DNA of 13,897 bases. Source: Candidatus Rokuibacteriota bacterium. Its GTDB lineage: Bacteria > Methylomirabilota > Methylomirabilia > Rokubacteriales > CSP1-6. Where the stretch lies: NCBI GenBank assembly GCA_016184305.1, contig JACPCX010000151.1, positions 1 through 13,897 on the forward strand, written 5' to 3'. This document shows positions 8,027 to 13,897 of the stretch, piece after piece. The translations under genes and the position numbers were made by a program. The notes beneath the pieces are model-generated. The model was not told the DNA's origin, did not search any database, and saw only the letters and a list, made by a program, of their open reading frames with translations. The stretch's first letter is position 1. The number at the start of each line of letters is the position of its first letter.

Positions 8027-8142
8027 CCGGACGAGGCCCGTGAGCCGCGCCTCGCTCCCGGCCGATGGCGCTGAGGTCTGTCCTCTCGGGCTCGATCATG
8101 GTCTGCGTCCTCGCTTCAGCTCCGCGTTGCCTGTCCACGGGC

Positions 8143-8157
8143 GCGAGGACCATGCCA
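8143..8157 (-). promoter_or_regulatory. Possible sigma54 -24/-12 promoter
   Basis: Minus strand TGGCATG-GTCC-TCGC has exact GG-N10-GC spacing compared with the consensus TGGCACG-N4-TTGC. It is followed by SD-like GAGGA and ATG 8099. Confidence 0.35.
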
Positions 8158-8278
8158 GGACGCAAGCCGAGCGAACACGGGGCTATCCGCCGGCGCGCCG
8201 GCGCGGTGCGGCGGTGCCCGGGCGGGGCATCGCCGACCGGATGGGGGAAGACTCGCCGGCCGGCGGCGGCGGCGATCG

Positions 8279-8294
8279 TGAGCGGCCCCGCTCA
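8279..8294. repeat. Short inverted repeat overlapping the iorB stop codon
   Basis: TGAGCGG-CC-CCGCTCA has perfect 7-bp arms. There is no U-tract, so it is not a canonical intrinsic terminator. Confidence 0.3.
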
Positions 8295-8915
8295 GCGCGA
8301 GGTCACGAGGGCCCGCGCCGCCTCGAGGCCCAGCCTGAAGGCCGCACGGTTCAGGCGCAGGACGTCGTCGAGGAAGCGCTCGGCGAGGATCGCCTCGACG
8401 CCGGCCGGCTCGATCGGGAGCCAGCCCGATCCGGCCAGGGCGCCGAGGATCGCGAGATTCTGGGCCCGCACGTCTCCCGCCTGGCGCGCGAGATCGGTGC
8501 TCTCGATCACGAGGACGTCGGCCGCGAGGTGGTAAATGGTGGCGATCAGCTCGGCCGGATCCGGATAGGTCGCCTCGCCGACCTGCACCGCCAGCGGGTA
8601 GACGGGCCGCGGGTTGACGACGACGCGCGTCGTCTCCCTCCCGTAGTCGCTCAGGATCCGCAGCGTCTCGAGGGGCTCGAACCCGACGATGACGTCGACG
8701 AGCCCTTTCGGAATGAGAGGACCGGGGTGTGTGTCCCGGGCGGCGCGCACGTGGCTCATCACCGAGCCGCCCCGCTGGGAGGCCCCGAACGTCTCGCCCA
8801 CGCTGACGCGATAGCCGTGACGCGAGAGCGCGGAGGCGAGGATCTCCGAGGCCACGACGTTGCCCTGGCCCCCGACGCCGGCGATGACGATGTTCAGCGA
8901 CCGGGGCTCGTTCAT
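8292..8915 (-). CDS. iorB: Indolepyruvate:ferredoxin oxidoreductase beta subunit (IorB family), 207 aa
   Basis: NIVIAGVGGQGNVVAS...GETFGASQRGGSVMSHVR...PLIPKG...FEPLETLR...NLAILGAL...LNRAAFRLG. ATG 8915 overlaps the upstream stop (ATGA). Confidence 0.93.
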   Translation of the reverse strand: MNEPRSLNIVIAGVGGQGNVVASEILASALSRHGYRVSVGETFGASQRGGSVMSHVRAARDTHPGPLIPKGLVDVIVGFEPLETLRILSDYGRETTRVVVNPRPVYPLAVQVGEATYPDPAELIATIYHLAADVLVIESTDLARQAGDVRAQNLAILGALAGSGWLPIEPAGVEAILAERFLDDVLRLNRAAFRLGLEAARALVTSR

Positions 8916-9586
8916 TGTCCCGTGCGGGCCGCGTCGAAGAGCCGCTCCGCCCGCGCCGTGTTGAAGACCCCGCACGAGCAGAACCGCGCCAGGCACCGGC
9001 TGGCGTCGGCCGGCGTCCGGCGCCCCTCCTTCACGAGATGGACGAGCTTGTCCACGAGGCCGGAGGCGACCATCCCGTGCCCGCACATGGTCGCCAGCTC
9101 GAGTGTCCGGCGGTCGGGCATCCGGTCGGTCTGCCCCATGCAGAAGCCGAGCGAGAACTCCACGCTGTGGCGCACGATCCCGGCCGACTCGGCGGCGCGC
9201 CGCGCAGTGTCGGTGAGCCCGCTGACATTGACCGACACGCCGAGGTCGCGCTCGCGGAGCGCCGCGAGGAACCGCCGCACCTTGTCGAGGTCGTCGAACA
9301 CGGCGCAGACGACGGTCGGGGCGTCGACGCCCTCGATGACCTCGGCGGGCGTCAGGCCGCCGTCGCGCCGCCAGTGCGCCAGCGGCGTGAGGTGGGCCGC
9401 CGGCCGATGCAGCCCCCCCTTCTTCGCGTTGCCGACATTCACGGGCCCGTACTGCTGCGCGATCTCGAGGAAGGCCTTGAGCTTGGGCACGCTGCCCTCG
9501 GCATTGGCCTTGGTCGACATCGCGAAGACGATGTAGTCGTCCCGGAGGCTCTCCGGGCTTCCATAGCGATGCAGGGTGTTCGTCAT
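8912..9586 (-). CDS. Hypothetical protein with MCGHG and CSCG motifs (putative metal-binding), 224 aa
   Basis: MTNTLHRYGS...DDYIVFAM...DLGVSVNVSG...HSVEFSLG...ATMCGHGMV...RFCSCGVFN. ATGA overlaps at both ends and a normal globular composition support a real gene. Confidence 0.85.
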   Translation of the reverse strand: MTNTLHRYGSPESLRDDYIVFAMSTKANAEGSVPKLKAFLEIAQQYGPVNVGNAKKGGLHRPAAHLTPLAHWRRDGGLTPAEVIEGVDAPTVVCAVFDDLDKVRRFLAALRERDLGVSVNVSGLTDTARRAAESAGIVRHSVEFSLGFCMGQTDRMPDRRTLELATMCGHGMVASGLVDKLVHLVKEGRRTPADASRCLARFCSCGVFNTARAERLFDAARTGQ

Positions 9587-10395
9587 GCCGCCGCTCCCCA
9601 CAGCGGGCGCCCGAGGCCCAGGTTGGTCTTCCCGCGCCAGAACGCGACGCCCTCCGCCCGCAGCACGTCTTCCAGCGGCGTGTCGCCGCGGGCATCGCAG
9701 CGCGCCGACACGCCCACGCAGATCACGGTCTCCACCTCGCCGGCGACCGCGCGCAGCGCGCGGAGGATCTCCGGGACACGGTCGATCCGCGTCTTCAGCT
9801 CCACGATCGCCGAGAGGACCTTTTCGTCGAGGATGTCGTCGCGGATCCGCCCCGTGGCGGGATCGCTCATGAGCGAGGTGACCGGGTTCGCCTGCTCGAA
9901 ATGCGCCCCGGTGGCGGCGAGGGCGCGCGTCACGCGATCGATGTCCCGGAAGCGCGCGCCGATCCCCGGCCGGCCGAACTCGACGGTGAACCCCGACTCG
10001 CCGGGCTGGACGCGGCCGGTGACGTCGTTCGTCTTGACCTCCTCGGTGCCGCGTCCCGCGACGCCGGTGGACTCGTGGGGCACGATCGGATCCGAGAACG
10101 CCCGGCGGACGCTGCGCGGCCAGGACAGCTCCGTTTCGGTCAACGCGCCGGTGGGGCAGACGTCCGGTTCCGGGTCGAAGCGGAACCGGAAGAGGCGCGC
10201 GACCCCCCGGATGGCTCGCACGACGGCGGGGTTCAGGCTCTCGCGCGACATCCCGCGGTAGCAGGTGTAGCACTCGACGCACTCGTCCTCGTTGACGACG
10301 GCCCGGTGTATCGCCGGATCGACGACGATCGCGCCCATCGGGCACACCGCGACGCAGTTGCCGCACGCCACGCACTTCCTGGGATCGATCCGCAT
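9583..10395 (-). CDS. 2x[4Fe-4S] ferredoxin-domain protein with an about 190-aa uncharacterised C-terminal domain, 270 aa
   Basis: SD-like AAGGA precedes ATG 10395. Cluster motifs CVACGNCVAVCP and CVECYTC-(34 aa)-CP. The C-terminal domain has GRGTEEVKTNDVTGR, EFGRPGIG, NPVT, KVLSAIVE and KTNLGLGR. Confidence 0.88.
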   Translation of the reverse strand: MRIDPRKCVACGNCVAVCPMGAIVVDPAIHRAVVNEDECVECYTCYRGMSRESLNPAVVRAIRGVARLFRFRFDPEPDVCPTGALTETELSWPRSVRRAFSDPIVPHESTGVAGRGTEEVKTNDVTGRVQPGESGFTVEFGRPGIGARFRDIDRVTRALAATGAHFEQANPVTSLMSDPATGRIRDDILDEKVLSAIVELKTRIDRVPEILRALRAVAGEVETVICVGVSARCDARGDTPLEDVLRAEGVAFWRGKTNLGLGRPLWGAAA

Positions 10396-10411
10396 GGAGC
10401 CGTCCTTTCGC

Positions 10412-12331
10412 TCAGGCGACCTCTTCGAGCCGGATGGCGTCGCGCGGGCAGAGGTCCACGCAGACGCCGCAGCCCGCGCAGAGAACCTCGTCGACACGCG
10501 CGCGCCCGCCCGCGCGGTCCCAGACCAGCGCGGGGCAGGAGAACACGCGGTTGCAGAGACGGGCGCAGCCGCAACCCTCGCCGATGCAGCGCTCGGGGTC
10601 CACCGTCGCGCGATGGCTGCGCTTCACCCACGGCAGCAAGGCGCAGGGACTCCGGAGGATCAGGACCTTCGCCCCCTCGGTACGGAGCAGGCGGTAGACG
10701 CTCTCGACCGTGTCCGAGGTCCTGAGCGGGTCCTGGATCTCCACCGCGAGCCCGAGCGCGCGCGCCACCGCCTCGATAGGCAGGGGCGGCGCCGGCTCGC
10801 CCGTCGCCGAGCGGCCGGTGCCCGGGTGCGGCTGATGCCCGGTCATCGCGGTGGTCGAGTTGTCCAGGACGACGAGGAGCAGGCGGGAGTCGTTGTAGCG
10901 GGCGTTGATCAGCGCCGGCGTGACCGAGTGGTAGAAGGTCGAGTCGCCGACCACGGACACGACGGGCTGGTGGAAGCCGAGGGCTGCGAGCTTGCCGAAG
11001 CCCGAGGCGAGTCCGACCGAGGAGCCCATCGCATGGACGGTCTTCAGCGTGAAATACCCCGTCTGCATCGAGCCCAGCGTGTAGCAGCCGATGTCGCCGA
11101 GGGCGACGCCGTCGCGGCCGTCCAGCTCGAGCGCCGCCTTGATGGCCCAGAAGGCCGCGCGGTGGGGGCAGCCGGCGCAGAAGGCCAGCGCGCGCGCCGG
11201 CAACTCGGGGAGCGCTGTCGCCTCGACCTTCCGGCGGAACTCCGGGGTTCGCGGCTCGAACGGGCGCCCGACGAGCGCCGAGACCGCCGCGATCACGATC
11301 TCGGGAGTGAGCTCGCCGATCGCCGGCCCGGCGGGGCCCGCCACGTGGCCGGACGCCTTGCCCAGAAAGGCGATGAGGCCGAGCTCGGCGGCGTGCTGAG
11401 CGTAGAGCGCCTTCACCTCGGTCTCGATGAAGGGCTCGATCTCCTCGAGGAAGAGCACCTCGCGGGCGTGGCCGAGATGCGACAGGAGCAGTCGCTCCGG
11501 CAGGGGCCACGTCGTCCCGAGCTTCAGCACCCCGACCGCGTTCGTGACGCCCAGGAGCGCCACGGCCTCGACGGCGTAGGTGAAGCCCGGGCCCGTCACG
11601 ATGATGAGCCGGCGCGCGTCGGCGGGGCCCTGGTAGGCGTTGAAGGGCGAGGTCTCGAACAGCTCTCGCGCGGCCGCGCCCCGCTGGAGGAGGAGCGGGT
11701 GGAGCGCGCTCGTCGTGAAGAAGCGGGCCCCGGGATCGACGCGCGCCTCGCCCGGCGGCGAACGGAGAGCGCCGAGCGCCACGCTGCCGCGCGCGTGGGC
11801 GATGCGCGTCACGCTGCGGAGCAGCACCGGCAGGCGGATCTCCTCCGAGAGATCGAAGGCCCAGCGCGTCATCTCCTTCGCTTCCTCCACCGTGGTGGGC
11901 TCGAGGAGCGGCAGATGGCTGGCGCGCACGAGATAGCGGGTGTCCTCCTCCTTCGTGCTGGAATGGGCGCCGGGGTCGTCCGACACCACCACCACCATGC
12001 CGCCGTTCGTGCCGCCGTAGGCCAGGCTCGTGAGGAAGTCGAGCGCGACGTTCAGCCCGTCGGCCTTCATGATCGTGATGGCGCGCAGGCCAGCGAACGC
12101 GGCGGCGGCGGCGCCCTCCATGGCGACCTTCTCGTTCGTGGACCACTCCGCGTAGAAGCCGCGCTCCCGGGCGAGCGCGGCCAGGCTCGCGAGGACCTCG
12201 GAGGAGGGCGAGCCGGGGTACGCGGCCGCGTACGCCAGCCCCGCCTCCATCGCGCCGCGCGCGATGGCCTCGTTGCCGCTCAGCACGACGGTCCGGCCGG
12301 GGTCGGCCGTGCGCAGGGCCTGGAGGCTCAT
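10412..12331 (-). CDS. iorA: Indolepyruvate:ferredoxin oxidoreductase alpha subunit (IorA family), 639 aa
   Basis: SGNEAIARGA, YPGSPSSE, EWSTNEKVAME, MKADGLNVALD, DDPGAHSS, FCAGCPHR, GDIGCY, ThDP motif GDSTFYH...LDN, AMTGHQPHPG, and a C-terminal ferredoxin motif CAGCGVCVDLCP. ATG 12331 overlaps the upstream stop (ATGA). Confidence 0.95.
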   Translation of the reverse strand: MSLQALRTADPGRTVVLSGNEAIARGAMEAGLAYAAAYPGSPSSEVLASLAALARERGFYAEWSTNEKVAMEGAAAAAFAGLRAITIMKADGLNVALDFLTSLAYGGTNGGMVVVVSDDPGAHSSTKEEDTRYLVRASHLPLLEPTTVEEAKEMTRWAFDLSEEIRLPVLLRSVTRIAHARGSVALGALRSPPGEARVDPGARFFTTSALHPLLLQRGAAARELFETSPFNAYQGPADARRLIIVTGPGFTYAVEAVALLGVTNAVGVLKLGTTWPLPERLLLSHLGHAREVLFLEEIEPFIETEVKALYAQHAAELGLIAFLGKASGHVAGPAGPAIGELTPEIVIAAVSALVGRPFEPRTPEFRRKVEATALPELPARALAFCAGCPHRAAFWAIKAALELDGRDGVALGDIGCYTLGSMQTGYFTLKTVHAMGSSVGLASGFGKLAALGFHQPVVSVVGDSTFYHSVTPALINARYNDSRLLLVVLDNSTTAMTGHQPHPGTGRSATGEPAPPLPIEAVARALGLAVEIQDPLRTSDTVESVYRLLRTEGAKVLILRSPCALLPWVKRSHRATVDPERCIGEGCGCARLCNRVFSCPALVWDRAGGRARVDEVLCAGCGVCVDLCPRDAIRLEEVA

Positions 12332-13458
12332 GCGCCCGCCCTTTCCTCGGCCCTCACCGCGGCCCGGCGCTCGGGCGACAGATGCAGGTACGCCGCCTCG
12401 GCGCGCCCCGCGTCCAGCGCGTCGAGCACCCTGAGCTTCTTGCCTCGCACGGCCGCCCGCAGGATCGGGATCCGCTCGGCCGGATACGGCTTCACCTCGA
12501 GCAACCCGGCGTTGACCGCCGCCCCCAGGAGCGCCTGCCCGCGCGCCGTCCGCACCACCAGGGCGTTCCAGCCGGGGTCGTGCTCGGTCGAGCCCACGGC
12601 GAGGTCCGCCCACTCGGCGGTGGGATCGAAGCAGCTCTGACACGCCGGCCGGATGAAGGGACGCACCTCGTCGAGCGGAACGCGGACGGCGCCGCCGTTC
12701 ACGGAGAACACCACGCCGCCTTCCTTGGGGATGTCCATCTTCGTGGCGCGCGCGAGGTCCGCCCGCGAGACGAGGAAGCGATAGAAGGCCGGGGTGAGCG
12801 CCCAGAAGCAGAAGACGCCGATGACGAGCGCAAGCCGGTGCGCGGCCTCGCCCCGCGCCTCGATCTTGCGGAGCGCCGCGACCTGGCACGGCCGGCCCAC
12901 CACCGCGATGGTTGCGGCGCTGTCTCGCAGCAGGGGGGCGAGCGGCGCGAGGGTCGCGCAGGCGGAGTACTTCGTTCCCGTGGCGGCGAGCACGCTCGCG
13001 CGATCCCGGGCCACGATGGGATGAGGCGCGGCGGTGGGGCTGCCGCCGGTGAGCAGCGCGGCGTCCGCGGCTCCGGAGCCGAGCGCGAAGAGCGTGAGCG
13101 CGGTCGCCACGCCGCCGTACTGGCCGCGCTGCTTCACCTCGGGGTCGAGCGCGCGGGCGAAGTGGAGCGAGAGGTGGGCGCCCAGCAGGGGGTCGGCTGG
13201 CCCGGACCCGAAGATCTGTCCGTCCAGCCGATCCGGGTCCAGCGAGACGCGGGGGCAGACCTCGAAGCAGCGCCCCTGGGGGAGCGGACAGGGGTGGATG
13301 AAGGCCACGCGCTCCCCGAGCGTCTTGAGATACGGGCAGTGGCCGAGACAGGCGCCGCAGGCCGTGCAGGCGCCCGTCCCCAGCACGCGGGCCTGCAGAT
13401 CGCCCGGCCCTCCACGCTCCACCTCCACCGTCCGGAGATCCATTCGCTCCCCCCGCAT
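12328..13458 (-). CDS. FrhB/FdhB-family (coenzyme F420 hydrogenase/dehydrogenase beta subunit-like) Fe-S flavoprotein with an N-terminal ferredoxin-like domain
   Basis: N-terminal CTACGACLGHCP...C...GRCFEVCPR. FrhB-family motifs QYGGVATAL, GTKY, VVGRPCQ, IGVFC, CQSCFD, ADLAVG and GWNALVVRTARG. Alternative start ATG 13443, preceded by GGGGAG. Confidence 0.9.
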   Translation of the reverse strand: MRGERMDLRTVEVERGGPGDLQARVLGTGACTACGACLGHCPYLKTLGERVAFIHPCPLPQGRCFEVCPRVSLDPDRLDGQIFGSGPADPLLGAHLSLHFARALDPEVKQRGQYGGVATALTLFALGSGAADAALLTGGSPTAAPHPIVARDRASVLAATGTKYSACATLAPLAPLLRDSAATIAVVGRPCQVAALRKIEARGEAAHRLALVIGVFCFWALTPAFYRFLVSRADLARATKMDIPKEGGVVFSVNGGAVRVPLDEVRPFIRPACQSCFDPTAEWADLAVGSTEHDPGWNALVVRTARGQALLGAAVNAGLLEVKPYPAERIPILRAAVRGKKLRVLDALDAGRAEAAYLHLSPERRAAVRAEERAGA

Positions 13459-13541
13459 GGGTCACCGGAGCACAATGAGTAGTTTGCCTCAGCCGCTGTA
13501 GCGCGGCGGCGAGCGCGCCCGGGGGGGCGACTCCGGCGATA

Positions 13542-13559
13542 ATGGCCTGCGCGGGCCAT
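13542..13559. promoter_or_regulatory. 18-bp near-palindrome in the divergent intergenic region; candidate operator
   Basis: ATGGCCTGCGCGGGCCAT is palindromic at 8 of 9 pairs and lies about 85-100 nt upstream of the FrhB-like gene. Confidence 0.3.
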
Positions 13560-13675
13560 CCCAACCCATCGGAGGACGCGATGCTCGCACCGGCGACCGG
13601 CAGATCGGGCGAGCGGGAAGATCACAGGGCATGTCGGCAAGGCGACGCGGAACCGGGGGTGCGCGAAGCGATACA

Positions 13676-13704
13676 TTGACCCGGACGGGACCGGTAGGTA
13701 CCCT
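13676..13704 (+). promoter_or_regulatory. Sigma70-type promoter for the Uma2 gene
   Basis: TTGACC (13676-13681), a 17-nt spacer, then TACCCT (13699-13704), followed by GGAGG/AGGAG and GTG 13726. Confidence 0.5.
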
Positions 13705-13725
13705 GGGCCGCGGAGGTGCAGGAGC

Positions 13726-13897
13726 GTGGCTGAGCCGGCGATCGGCGCGCGGAAGTGGACACGGCTCGAGTACGAGCGACTCGTCGAGGCCGAGATTGTC
13801 GGCCCGCAGGACCGGATCGAGCTGCTCGGTGGCGAGATGATCGTCAAGGAGCCACAGCACAGCCCCCACGCCACCGCGATCCGGCTCGCGGCGCGGG
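13726..13897 (+). CDS. Uma2/DUF820-family putative endonuclease (5' part; runs off the right edge)
   Basis: Not in the ORF track. Hand translation: MAEPAIGARKWTRLEYERLVEAEIVGPQDRIELLGGEMIVKEPQHSPHATAIRLAAR, with the typical Uma2 N-terminus (WTxxEY...RIELLxGEM...P...H). SD and promoter lie upstream. Confidence 0.85.
   Translation, partial: MAEPAIGARKWTRLEYERLVEAEIVGPQDRIELLGGEMIVKEPQHSPHATAIRLAAR

Noticed and set aside
8292..10375. Apparent long fusions in the ORF track (467 aa at 8292-9695 and 487 aa at 8912-10375)
   Set aside because: Their N-terminal halves are shadow frames of the upstream genes. The true starts are at the ATGA overlaps (8915 and 9586).
4682..13501. Many long + strand ORFs (for example 5896-7578, 7542-9536, 10292-12640, 12382-13482)
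   Set aside because: They are antisense to well-supported genes and have no recognisable motifs. Stop-poor antisense frames are expected at this GC content.
10412..13564. 1050-aa ORF suggesting IorA with a 411-aa N-terminal extension
   Set aside because: The extension is Arg/Pro/Gly-rich shadow translation overlapping the FrhB-like gene in another frame. IorA starts at the ATGA overlap at 12331.
1..13897. CRISPR array, tRNA/rRNA, transposase, integrase or tandem repeat array
   Set aside because: No regularly spaced repeats or recognisable RNA or mobile-element genes were seen. All intergenic regions are short (under about 360 nt).

Overview
High-GC bacterial chromosomal window. The gene style resembles Rokubacteria/Methylomirabilota, but this is inference only. 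From left to right it contains: a type VII MNT-HEPN (MntA/HepT-like) toxin-antitoxin pair cut by the left edge; an acyl-CoA dehydrogenase gene with a large in-frame internal deletion; a stand-alone tandem pair of PilT/PilU-family ATPases on the + strand; a Dpp/Opp-type ABC cassette (Tat-exported binding protein plus two permeases, no ATPase); a DUF3830-like gene; a five-gene redox operon on the - strand; and the start of a Uma2/DUF820 endonuclease at the right edge. The operon order is FrhB-family flavoprotein, IorA, a ferredoxin-fused unknown protein, a Cys/His-motif unknown protein, then IorB, with three ATGA overlaps. It is the best candidate for an undescribed system: a 2-oxoacid:ferredoxin oxidoreductase whose alpha and beta genes are separated by two uncharacterised metalloprotein genes and preceded by an F420-hydrogenase-beta-like gene. 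No rRNA, tRNA, CRISPR array or transposase was seen. All family assignments come from motif recognition, not database searches.
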